From the NCBI GenBank assembly GCA_036489495.1, contig DASXFR010000069.1, forward strand, positions 45,232-109,231: a stretch of 64,000 bases of DNA, in the 5' to 3' direction. Positions 28,806-37,715 of this stretch are shown in pieces. Under the pieces are notes generated by a model. That model was not told the DNA's origin, made no database searches, and worked only from the letters and a program-made list of their open reading frames with translations. Each line of letters opens with the position of its first letter. Positions within the stretch are counted from its first letter, which is position 1. The stretch comes from Acidimicrobiales bacterium. Lineage in GTDB: Bacteria > Actinomycetota > Acidimicrobiia > Acidimicrobiales > RAAP-2. Made by a program: the position numbers and the translations under genes.

Positions 28806-28851
28806 AACCTGGGACAGCAGGCGTCGCCATGACGAGAAAGGCGCCAGTTCG

Positions 28852-31800
28852 TTGGCATCACGGTCGTTCACACATCTGCACACCCACACCGAGTTCTCGA
28901 TGTTGGACGGTGCCGCCCGGGTCGATGACCTGGTCCAAGCGGCGGTGGCGGACGGCCAACCGGCGCTCGGGATCACCGACCACGGCAACATGTACGGCGT
29001 CCTCGACTTCTACGCCGCCTGCCGGGCGGCCGGCATCAACCCGGTCATCGGCACCGAGGCGTACATGGCCGGCGAGTCGCGGCTCGACCGACCGGTGCGA
29101 CGGGGCAAGGTCGACGACACCGGGGGGGATGTCGACGGCGGGGAGAAGCTCTATTATCACCTCACCCTGCTGGCCGAGACCACCGCCGGGTACCGGAACC
29201 TCCTGAAACTGTCCTCGGCCGCCTACCTGGAGGGCTACTACTACAAGCCCCGGGTCGACTGGGAGCTCCTCGAACGCCACCATTCCGGCCTCATCGCCAC
29301 CACCGGCTGCCTGGGCGGGGTCGTCCTCCAGGCCCTGCTGGCCAACGATCAAGTGAAGGCCGAGAGCCTGGCCGCCCGGCTCCAGGACATCTTCGGTCGG
29401 GGCAACCTCTACGTCGAGCTCCAGGACCACGGGCTTCCCGAGCAGGCCAAGACCAATCCGGCGCTGGTGGAGATCGCCCGGCGGATCGGGGCGCCGCTGC
29501 TGGCCACCAACGACAGCCACTACACCCACCGCGAGGACCACGTGGCCCACGACGCCCTGCTGTGCGTGCAGACCGGGGCCCTGATCGCTGATCCCAAGCG
29601 ATTCAAGTTCGAGGGCGAGGAGCACTACCTGAAGTCGGCGGCGGAGATGCGCCACCTGTTCGCCGAGCTGCCCGAGGCCTGTGACAACACCCTGCTGATC
29701 GCCGAGCGGGCCAACGTCGAGATCGAGTTCGGTCACCCGAGCCTGCCCCAGTTCCCGGTCCCCGACGAGTTCGTCGGGGACTCCTACGAGGTGCGGTCGG
29801 CCCAGTACCTGCGCCACCTGACCCGGGAAGGGGCCAAGGAGCGCTACGGCCACCCGCTTCCGGCCAACGTCCTCGAGCGGCTCGACTACGAGCTCCGGGT
29901 GATCGGGGACATGGGCTTCTCCGCCTATTTCCTGGTGGTCTGGGACCTCATCCGCTTCGCCCGGTCGCGGGGGATCCGGGTGGGCCCGGGCCGGGGGTCG
30001 GCGGCGGGTTGCTGTGTGGCCTACTGCCTGAAGATCGTCGACCTCGACCCCATCCGCTACGACCTGATGTTCGAGCGCTTCCTCAACCCGGGTCGGGCCC
30101 AGATGCCCGACATCGACATGGACTTCGACGAGCGCTACCGCGGCGACATGATCAAGTACGCCGCTGACCGCTACGGCTCCGACCACGTGGCCCAGATCGT
30201 CACCTTCTCGACCATCAAGGCGCGAGCCGCGGTGCGCGACGCCGCCCGGGTGCTGGGCAAGCCCTACGTGGTCGGCGACAAGATCGCCAAGGCGATGCCG
30301 CCGTTGCTGATGGGCCGGGACACCCCGCTGGGCGCCTGTCTGACCAAGACCGAGGGGTTCGAGGACGGCTTCCACGCCGCCGGCGAGCTCCGCACCATGT
30401 ACGAGTCCGACCCCGAGGCCAAAGAGGTCATCGACGTGGCCAAGGGGTTGGAGGGCCTCCGCCGCCAGGACGGCATCCACGCCGCCGCGGTGGTCATCAC
30501 CGACCAGCCCCTCACCGAGTACGTGCCCATCCAGCGCAAGCCGGACAGCGACAATCCCGAGGACGCCCCGATCGTCACCCAGTACGAGATGCACGGCGTC
30601 GAGGATCTCGGGCTGCTGAAGATGGACTTCCTCGGCCTCCGCAACCTCTCGGTCATCGAGCGGGCCCTCGACCTCATCCAGATCTCCACCGGGGAGCGCC
30701 CCGACATCGATGCCATCCCCCTCGACGACGACACCACGTTCGCGATGTTGCGGAAGGGCGACTCGATGGGGGTGTTCCAGCTGGAGGGCGGGGCAATGCG
30801 ATCGACCATGCGCTCCCTCGCCCCGACCAGCTTCGACGACGTGGCCGCCCTGGTCGCCCTCTACCGGCCGGGGCCGATGGCGGCCAACATGCACAAGGAC
30901 TACCCCGAGCTCAAGAACGGCCGGAAGACGCTGACCTATCTCCACCCGGACATGGAGGAGATCCTCGGCGACACCTACGGGCTCATGCTCTACCAGGAGT
31001 CGGTCATGCGGGTGGCCCAGAAGTTCGCCGGCTACACGCTGGAGGAGGCGGACAACCTCCGCAAGGCGTGCGGCAAGAAGAACCGGGTGCTCATCGCCGC
31101 CGAGCGGGAGAAGTTCGTCATCGGCTGCGAGACCCAGCGCTACGGCAAGGAGCTCGGCACCGCGCTGTTCGACATCATCGAGCCGTTCGCCGACTACGCC
31201 TTCAACAAGTCACACGCCTACGGCTACGGCTACATCGCCTACCAGACGGCGTGGCTGAAGGCCCACTACCCGGTCGAGTATCTGGCTGCCCTTCTCACCT
31301 CGGTGAAGGACACCAAGGACAAGACGGCGGTGTATCTGGCCGAGTGTCGTTCGCTCGGAGTCCAGGTACTGGTCCCCGACGTCAACCGGTCGCTGTCCGA
31401 CTTCGCCGCCGACTACTCGAGGCGGGATGACTCGGGCGACGGCGGGCTCGGTGACATCACCTTCGGGATGGCCGCCATCCGGAATGTCGGCCAGGGCCTG
31501 GTCGCCCACATCGTGGCCGAGCGCGAAAAGAACGGACCCTTCGTCGACTTCTACGACTTCTGTCAGCGGGTCGACCCCCAGGTCCTCAACAAGCGGACCA
31601 TCGAGTCGTTGATCAAGGCGGGGGCGTTCGACTCCCTCGGCCACCCGCGCCGGGGCCTGTGCCTGGTGTTCGAGGAGATCTGCGACCTCACCCTCGAGCG
31701 CCGACGCCAGCACGATGCCGGGGTGGTGTCGCTGTTCGCCTCCCTGGAGGTGGAGTCGGAGGGGACCACCATGGGGTTCGGCGACACTCGGACCCCGATC

Positions 31801-32481
31801 CCCGATGTCGAGTTCGAGAAGACCCAGCGGCTGGCCTTCGAAAAGGAGATGCTCGGGCTCTACATCAGCGACCATCCCCTCATGGGCCTGGAGGGTTCGC
31901 TCTCCCGGCTCACCGACTGCACCCTGGCCGAGCTGCGCAACGCCGACCTGGAGCCGCTGGGGGCGGAGGGCGGCTACGGGCCCGGAGGTTACGGGACCGA
32001 GGGTCAGGTGCGCCTGGCCGGCGGGGTCATCACCGAGCTGTCCCGCCGGTACACCAAGAAGGGCGATCTGATGGCCAGTTTCGTGCTCGAGGACCTGCAG
32101 GCCTCCATCGACGTCTTCGTGTTCCCCAAGACCATGAGCGAGTACGGCGCCCTGCTCGACGATGACGCCATCGTGCTGGTGAAGGGCCGGATCGACATGC
32201 GGGACGATCAGGTCAAGCTGGTGTGCCTGGAGGTCCAGCGTCCCAATCTCGCCACCGACGGCACCATCGACCTCCGGATCTCGCTGCCGGTCAACGCCCT
32301 CACCGACACCAAGGTCGACGCGCTCAAGCGGCTCCTTTCCGAGCACCCCGGGAACTCCCCGGTGTTTCTCCATGTCGGGGAGAAAATCCTCCGCCTCCCG
32401 TCGGAATTCCGGGTGGACAGCCGCCGGGGTCTCATCGGCGAGCTGAGGGTACTGCTCGGTCCTAACGCGATTCTGAGTTGA
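28852..32481 (+). CDS. dnaE: DNA polymerase III alpha subunit
   Basis: The 1209-aa ORF has the PHP N-terminus SFTHLHTHTEFSMLDGA and a TTG start. Confidence 0.97.
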   Translation: MASRSFTHLHTHTEFSMLDGAARVDDLVQAAVADGQPALGITDHGNMYGVLDFYAACRAAGINPVIGTEAYMAGESRLDRPVRRGKVDDTGGDVDGGEKLYYHLTLLAETTAGYRNLLKLSSAAYLEGYYYKPRVDWELLERHHSGLIATTGCLGGVVLQALLANDQVKAESLAARLQDIFGRGNLYVELQDHGLPEQAKTNPALVEIARRIGAPLLATNDSHYTHREDHVAHDALLCVQTGALIADPKRFKFEGEEHYLKSAAEMRHLFAELPEACDNTLLIAERANVEIEFGHPSLPQFPVPDEFVGDSYEVRSAQYLRHLTREGAKERYGHPLPANVLERLDYELRVIGDMGFSAYFLVVWDLIRFARSRGIRVGPGRGSAAGCCVAYCLKIVDLDPIRYDLMFERFLNPGRAQMPDIDMDFDERYRGDMIKYAADRYGSDHVAQIVTFSTIKARAAVRDAARVLGKPYVVGDKIAKAMPPLLMGRDTPLGACLTKTEGFEDGFHAAGELRTMYESDPEAKEVIDVAKGLEGLRRQDGIHAAAVVITDQPLTEYVPIQRKPDSDNPEDAPIVTQYEMHGVEDLGLLKMDFLGLRNLSVIERALDLIQISTGERPDIDAIPLDDDTTFAMLRKGDSMGVFQLEGGAMRSTMRSLAPTSFDDVAALVALYRPGPMAANMHKDYPELKNGRKTLTYLHPDMEEILGDTYGLMLYQESVMRVAQKFAGYTLEEADNLRKACGKKNRVLIAAEREKFVIGCETQRYGKELGTALFDIIEPFADYAFNKSHAYGYGYIAYQTAWLKAHYPVEYLAALLTSVKDTKDKTAVYLAECRSLGVQVLVPDVNRSLSDFAADYSRRDDSGDGGLGDITFGMAAIRNVGQGLVAHIVAEREKNGPFVDFYDFCQRVDPQVLNKRTIESLIKAGAFDSLGHPRRGLCLVFEEICDLTLERRRQHDAGVVSLFASLEVESEGTTMGFGDTRTPIPDVEFEKTQRLAFEKEMLGLYISDHPLMGLEGSLSRLTDCTLAELRNADLEPLGAEGGYGPGGYGTEGQVRLAGGVITELSRRYTKKGDLMASFVLEDLQASIDVFVFPKTMSEYGALLDDDAIVLVKGRIDMRDDQVKLVCLEVQRPNLATDGTIDLRISLPVNALTDTKVDALKRLLSEHPGNSPVFLHVGEKILRLPSEFRVDSRRGLIGELRVLLGPNAILS

Positions 32482-32584
32482 CCCCTGCCGCCCCACCGTC
32501 GATGAACTCCCTGGCCACAACGTCTTTTCGTCGCCGGGGCCGGCCGGCGGACGGCGAGCCGATGGGAAGCCGGGACGCCTGGAT

Positions 32585-32613
32585 GGGACAAGTGGCCTCA
32601 AATCCCGTAAAAT
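32585..32613 (+). promoter_or_regulatory. candidate promoter: -35 GGGACA, 17-nt spacer, -10 TAAAAT
   Basis: GGGACAagtggcctcaaatcccgTAAAAT lies in the 230-nt dnaE-downstream spacer, about 100 nt upstream of the hypothetical gene. The patch is unusually AT-rich. Confidence 0.3.
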
Positions 32614-32731
32614 TGCGGGACGGCTCCCGCTCAGGAGCATCGAGGGCCCGTGCTGGCGGTGCCCTGGGTGCCCGGGACGGACCGAGTCGCCGGCTGAGGC
32701 CGCAGGGCAAATGAGGAGTACGGAACGGCTT

Positions 32732-33406
32732 ATGTCCATTCAGGTGGAGACCAAGGACTGCACATCACTGAGCGATGCCGAGTTGGCCGAAATGGCCGAT
32801 CTCTGCGCAGTGCGAGAACCGCATTTCGACATCGGCTTCCTGTCGAAACAGCGGGAGGAATGGGTGCTGGTCACCCGGGCCCGGGAGGGCAACAAACTCC
32901 GGGGCTATTCGTTCTCCACCCTGGAGCGGATCGGGGGCACTCCGTCGCTGCTGATCGGCGTGGGCACCATCGAGCGCACCGCCCGGGCCGACACCGTCCT
33001 GCGGGCGATGATGGGCGACAAGTACCGTCGGGCGCTGCTGGCCTTCCCCGATGAAGATGTCCTGGTCGGCACCCGACTCCTGGCCCCCGAAGGCTTCCGG
33101 GCGTTCGCCGGCCTCACCGACGTGGTCCCCGGGCCCGATCACAAGGCCACCGGCGAGGAGCGTGCCTGGGGGCGCCGGCTGGCCAAGCGGTTCGGTTGCG
33201 AAGCCCGCATCGACGACCGCACCTTCCTGATCGAGGGGGACGGCTGCGAGTCCGGCGGGTTCGACGTCGGCGGGTCCAAGAGCCCGGTCCCCAAGGAAGT
33301 GGTTGTCTTCTTCGAGAAGAACGACGCGTCGTCGGGCGGACGGTTGGTGACCTTCGGGTGGGCGATGGCCGAGGATCTGGCCGCCGGAAGACTCGGCGGG
33401 CACTGA
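32732..33406 (+). CDS. hypothetical protein
   Basis: The composition is balanced (MSIQVETKDCTSLSDAELAEMADLCAV...). ATG 32732 is preceded by GAGGAG, with an alternative ATG at 32711. I recognise no family and only guess at a GNAT-like fold. Confidence 0.55.
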   Translation: MSIQVETKDCTSLSDAELAEMADLCAVREPHFDIGFLSKQREEWVLVTRAREGNKLRGYSFSTLERIGGTPSLLIGVGTIERTARADTVLRAMMGDKYRRALLAFPDEDVLVGTRLLAPEGFRAFAGLTDVVPGPDHKATGEERAWGRRLAKRFGCEARIDDRTFLIEGDGCESGGFDVGGSKSPVPKEVVVFFEKNDASSGGRLVTFGWAMAEDLAAGRLGGH

Positions 33407-33467
33407 TCCACCTCGCGCTCTACCTGGGAGTCCACCCCCAAACAGCGTGTCGGACGCGCCCAGGCAA

Positions 33468-33473
33468 TAGCAT
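33468..33473 (+). promoter_or_regulatory. -10-like TAGCAT 6 nt upstream of the Rrf2 GTG at 33480 (leaderless candidate)
   Basis: It is the same hexamer as at 23250, followed by a 6-nt spacer and the start codon, with no Shine-Dalgarno. Confidence 0.4.
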
Positions 33474-33479
33474 GACTAC

Positions 33480-33929
33480 GTGAAGGTTTCGACTCGCGGA
33501 GACTATGCCAGCCGGGCGTTGCTGTCGTTGGCGCTTCACGAGGAGACCGACGGTCCCACCGCCGTCCGGGACATCGCCGAGCGTACGGGTCTCCCCCAGC
33601 CCTACCTCGAACAGATCCTGCTCGCCCTCAAAGGCGCCGGCCTGGTCCGCTCCAAGCGCGGGGTGGGTGGCGGCTACGTACTCGCCCGCACCCCCGACGA
33701 GATCACCCTGTCCCAGATCGTCAGCGCCGTCGACGGGCCCATCGTGGCCGGCGACTTCGGCCTCCCGCACGAGAACGGGGCGTGCGATCACGAAGGCCAG
33801 TGCATCCTGCTGGACGTGTGGGCCGATGTCGGCGAGCACATGCGCACCCACCTCGACTCGTTCAATCTGGCGGACATGGTGAGGCGCGCCCAAGGCCGGG
33901 TGTCGGCCCTCCCCAAGAGCTCCACCTGA
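33480..33929 (+). CDS. Rrf2 family transcriptional regulator
   Basis: MKVSTRGDYASRALLSLAL...IAERTGLPQPYLEQILLALKGAGLVRSKRGVGGGYVLA is the Rrf2 winged helix. Only two Cys are present (GACDHEGQC). Confidence 0.9.
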   Translation: MKVSTRGDYASRALLSLALHEETDGPTAVRDIAERTGLPQPYLEQILLALKGAGLVRSKRGVGGGYVLARTPDEITLSQIVSAVDGPIVAGDFGLPHENGACDHEGQCILLDVWADVGEHMRTHLDSFNLADMVRRAQGRVSALPKSST

Positions 33930-33954
33930 GGCGCTCCCCCCACCCCTCGACGCG

Positions 33955-35082
33955 ATGACCGCCGCCAACGATCTGGTCCTGATCCTCGGCATCCTGGTGC
34001 TGGTCCTCGACGCCGCCAGTGTCATCCGGCTGCTGATCGTCCCCCGGGCGGCGGCCAGCGTGCTGGCCCTGCCGACCCGGTGGGTGCGGTCGGTGTTTCG
34101 CCACCTCTCCCAATTGGCCAAGACCTACCCGAGCAAGGACCGGATCCTGTCCATCAGCGAGCCGGTCGCGCTGATGATCCTGTTGGGCACCTGGCTGGGG
34201 ACCGCGGTCCTCGGCTACGCGCTGGTCATCTGGGGCCTCGGCGGCGTCGCCTTCGGCCACGCCCTCCTGGAGGCCGGCTCATCGGTGTCGACCCTCGGCT
34301 TCGTCCACGGCGGCAGCGGCAGCTACCAGGCCGTCGACTTCTTCGCCGGCGCGTCGGGGATGGTGCTGGTGGCCTTGCAGATCGCCTATCTGCCCACCCT
34401 CTACAGCGCCTACAACCGCCGGGAGACCTTCGTGACGTTGCTGGAGAGCCGGGCCGGGGCGCCGGCCTGGGGGCCGGAGATCCTCCAACGCCACCAACTG
34501 GTGGGGACGATCGGCAATCTCCCCGCCCTCTACGCCGAGTGGGAGCGCTGGGGGGCCGACGTGGCCGAGAGCCACACCAGCTATCAGTCGTTGATGTACC
34601 TCCGTTCCCCCCGGCCGCAGAACTCCTGGGTGATCAGCCTGATCGCGGTGATGGACTCGGCGGCCATCGCCCTGGCCGTCGACCCCGACGGGGCCCCGAT
34701 CGAAGCCCGGATGTGCCTGCGGATGGGCTTCACCTGCCTCCGGGACATTGCCCGGGTGGTGGCCATCCCCTTCGACCCCGACCCGGACCCCGACGACCCG
34801 ATCCAACTCCCCCGGAAGGAATTCGAGGCCGCCTATGCCCGCCTCCAGGAGATCGGCTATCCGACCCCCCGTCCGCTGGACGACGCCTGGAACCACTTCC
34901 GGGGGTGGCGGGTCAACTACGAGGGGGTCGCCTACGCCCTGGCCAACAAGCTCGACGCCCCTCCCGCCCGGTGGACGGGCCCCCGGCGGACCTTCCGGGG
35001 CGAGTCGCTGTCGCCCCCCCGCCCGGTCGACCGCCAACCCGGCGGCGCACCCCCCAAGATCGTCTTTCCGAAGATCAGCTGA
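33955..35082 (+). CDS. membrane protein with a K+-channel-like pore-loop segment and a soluble C-terminal domain
   Basis: Three N-terminal hydrophobic helices are present. Between the second and third lies ALLEAGSSVSTLGFVHGGSG, which resembles a degenerate TxGYG/GFG pore loop. Confidence 0.6.
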   Translation: MTAANDLVLILGILVLVLDAASVIRLLIVPRAAASVLALPTRWVRSVFRHLSQLAKTYPSKDRILSISEPVALMILLGTWLGTAVLGYALVIWGLGGVAFGHALLEAGSSVSTLGFVHGGSGSYQAVDFFAGASGMVLVALQIAYLPTLYSAYNRRETFVTLLESRAGAPAWGPEILQRHQLVGTIGNLPALYAEWERWGADVAESHTSYQSLMYLRSPRPQNSWVISLIAVMDSAAIALAVDPDGAPIEARMCLRMGFTCLRDIARVVAIPFDPDPDPDDPIQLPRKEFEAAYARLQEIGYPTPRPLDDAWNHFRGWRVNYEGVAYALANKLDAPPARWTGPRRTFRGESLSPPRPVDRQPGGAPPKIVFPKIS

Positions 35083-35650
35083 GGTTCCAGAGCATCAGCA
35101 CCGGGGTGGACCGTTCCCATCCGAGAATGCTGATCGAGGCCGGGTCGAGGGTGAAGCACCGGCCCTGCTCGGGCTCGAGGCCGAGCCAGCGGGCGGCCAG
35201 CACCCGAAGCAGGTGGCCATGGGCGAAACACAGCACATCGCCGTCGGTGGCCCGGATCTTCCCGATCAACCGATCGACCCGTTTCCCCACCTCCTGGGTG
35301 GTCTCCCCTCCCGGTGCCCCGTGGGCGAACAGGTCCCAGTCCGGCCGCTGGCCGAGGATTTCCGCGGTGGTCAGTCCCTCGAAGTCCCCGTAGTCCCATT
35401 CGGCCAGGTCGGGGTCGACCTCGGCCCGGCCCCCGAGCCCGGCCAGCCGGCTGGTCTCCCGGGCCCGCAGCAACGGGCTGGTCAGCACCCGCGAGAAGGC
35501 ATGCTCGGCCAGCCGGGGCTGCAGCGCCTCGGCCTGGACCGTCCCCTCGGGTAGCAGGGGTAGATCGGTGCGCCCGGTATGGCGCCGGCCGAGGCTCCAC
35601 TCGGTTTCGCCATGGCGGACGAGGAAACAGCGGTTACCCTGGGAATTCAT
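35075..35650 (-). CDS. histidine phosphatase family protein
   Basis: The internal Met gives MNSQGNRCFLVRHGETEWS, with the RHGE catalytic motif, for 191 aa. Confidence 0.85.
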   Translation of the reverse strand: MNSQGNRCFLVRHGETEWSLGRRHTGRTDLPLLPEGTVQAEALQPRLAEHAFSRVLTSPLLRARETSRLAGLGGRAEVDPDLAEWDYGDFEGLTTAEILGQRPDWDLFAHGAPGGETTQEVGKRVDRLIGKIRATDGDVLCFAHGHLLRVLAARWLGLEPEQGRCFTLDPASISILGWERSTPVLMLWNLS

Positions 35651-35811
35651 AGCGACAGCCGACCAGTTCTCCGGCCGGTGTGCAAACCGGCGGCAAAGTG
35701 GGTAGCTATCCGACCACCGGATATCGCAAAGTCCTGGCCAGGGCAGGAATGTCCGACGCATCCCGGGCGTTGAAAGCAGTGCGAACCCACATCAGGAGGG
35801 TGATAGAAGGC

Positions 35812-36741
35812 ATGACATCCCGTACGGCGACCGCCGACAAGGGCAAGGACAAGACGAGCGCCCCGACCAGGCCGCAGAAGGAGCGCGCCGCCACCCCGGC
35901 GGCGGGCCGGAGCCGTGGCGCGGACGCCGACAGCCTGGGGCTGTTCCTCCGGGATCTCGACCATCATCCCCTCCCCGACCACGAAGCCCAGACCGAGCTG
36001 GCCAAGCGGGTGGCCGCCGGCGACGAGGAGGCACGCCGGGAGATGGCGGCCGCCAACCTCCGGCTGGTCATCCATTGGGCCCGTCGCTACCAGGACCGCG
36101 GGGTGGACCTTCCCGATCTCATCCAGGAGGGCACCTTCGGCCTGATGCGGGCGGTGGACAAGTTCGACTGGGAGCGCGGCTTCCGGTTCTCCACCTACGC
36201 CACCTGGTGGATCCGCCAGGCCCTCCAGCGGGCGGTCCAGCAGCACGGTCGCACCATCCGGCTGCCGATGGAAGTCGCGGAGCGCAATCAGCAGGTGGAG
36301 GCGGCGACGTGGGAGCTGACCCACCAACTGCAGCGGGCGCCCACCGACGACGAGTTGGACAACGCCACCAACACCACCGCCGACATGCGGGCCGATCTCA
36401 CCCGGGTGGCCCGGGTGGTGGCCAGCCTCGACCAGCCGGCCACCGCCGACTCCACCTCCACCCTCGGTGACCTGGTGTCGACCGACAGCAACGAGTTCGA
36501 GGACGATGTGGCCTCCGAGCTCACCTTCGGGCTGGTGCGCAACGCCGTCGATCGACTCACCGATCTGCAGCGGGCGGTGATCCGCAACCGGTTCGGGTTC
36601 GACGGCTCCGACCCGGCGTCGCTCCAGACCACGGCCGAACGGCTCGGGGTCGGCGTCCGCAAGGTGCGCCAAGCCGAGGCCGAGGCGTTGGAGATCCTCG
36701 CCGACAGCGAGGCCCTCGAAGCCGCCCACGAAGCCGCCTGA
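35812..36741 (+). CDS. RNA polymerase sigma-70 family factor, principal-like (group 1/2)
   Basis: It has NLRLVIHWARRY, DLIQEGTFGLMRAVDKFDWERGFRFSTYATWWIRQALQRAV (regions 2.1-2.4) and region 4.2 near the C-terminus. ATG 35812 is preceded by AGGAGG. Confidence 0.88.
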   Translation: MTSRTATADKGKDKTSAPTRPQKERAATPAAGRSRGADADSLGLFLRDLDHHPLPDHEAQTELAKRVAAGDEEARREMAAANLRLVIHWARRYQDRGVDLPDLIQEGTFGLMRAVDKFDWERGFRFSTYATWWIRQALQRAVQQHGRTIRLPMEVAERNQQVEAATWELTHQLQRAPTDDELDNATNTTADMRADLTRVARVVASLDQPATADSTSTLGDLVSTDSNEFEDDVASELTFGLVRNAVDRLTDLQRAVIRNRFGFDGSDPASLQTTAERLGVGVRKVRQAEAEALEILADSEALEAAHEAA

Positions 36742-36773
36742 CCGCCGCCCCGGCGGGAGTCGGCGGGTGCCGA

Positions 36774-37715
36774 TCAGGACAGCCGATCGAGTTCGGCGCG
36801 GAGATCGTCGGGCAGCGGCGAGGTCCAGGTGGCCCGGGCCCCGGAGCCGGGGTGGTCGAAGGCCAGCTGGTAGGCGTGGAGAAACGGGCGGGTGACGGTG
36901 GCACCGGGAAGCGACCTTCCCCGGGCGTAGACCCCGTCACCGACCACCGGATGGCCGATGGCCGAGAGGTGGACCCGGATCTGATGGGTCCGGCCGGTCT
37001 CCAGGGTGGCCTCGACCAGGGTGGTCGGCACCGGCTCGGTGAACCGCTGCTCCACCCGGTAGCGGGTGCGGGCCTCTTTCCCCTTCCTCGACACCGACAT
37101 CCGGGTCGGGGAGGTCACCGAACGACCGATCGGCGCGTCGACCACCCCGGATTCCCCGTCGACCTCCCCCAGCACCAGGGCCCGGTAGTGGCGCGACACC
37201 GTCCGGTCCCCGAGCTGGCCCACCAGCGAGCGGTAGGCGTCGGGGGTCCGGGCCACCACCAACAGCCCCGACGTTCCCCGGTCGAGCCGGTGGACGATGC
37301 CGGGCCGGTCGGGATCGGACCCCACCGCCTCGGCCAGCGACGCCAGGTCGGGGTAACGGGACAGCATCCCGTTCACCAGGGTGCCGGTCCGGTGTCCGGC
37401 TCCCGGGTGCACCACCAGCCCGGCGGGCTTGTCCACCACCACGATGTCGGCATCCTCATGGACCACCTCGAACACCACCGTCGGGTCGGCGTCGGGGGCG
37501 GGGACCGGCACGTCTTCGCCGAGTTCCACCGCCAGCAATTCGCCCTCCCGGAGCGGGCGGCTGCGGGCGTGGACGGTCACCCCTTCCACCTGGACCCGGC
37601 CCGACGCCACCAGCTGGTCAACGGCGGAGCGGGAGATGTCGGCCAGCAACGCCACCGCCCGATCCACCCGGACCCCGTCGAGGGACGAGGGCACCGAGAT
37701 GGAGAGCTGGCTCAC
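36774..37715 (-). CDS. rluD: RluA-family 23S rRNA pseudouridine synthase (RluD-like)
   Basis: An S4 domain is followed by VVDKPAGLVVHPG and HRLDRGTSGLLVVA. GTG 37715 overlaps the lspA stop (GTGA). The rest of the 495-aa track ORF is out-of-frame junk over lspA. Confidence 0.9.
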   Translation of the reverse strand: MSQLSISVPSSLDGVRVDRAVALLADISRSAVDQLVASGRVQVEGVTVHARSRPLREGELLAVELGEDVPVPAPDADPTVVFEVVHEDADIVVVDKPAGLVVHPGAGHRTGTLVNGMLSRYPDLASLAEAVGSDPDRPGIVHRLDRGTSGLLVVARTPDAYRSLVGQLGDRTVSRHYRALVLGEVDGESGVVDAPIGRSVTSPTRMSVSRKGKEARTRYRVEQRFTEPVPTTLVEATLETGRTHQIRVHLSAIGHPVVGDGVYARGRSLPGATVTRPFLHAYQLAFDHPGSGARATWTSPLPDDLRAELDRLS

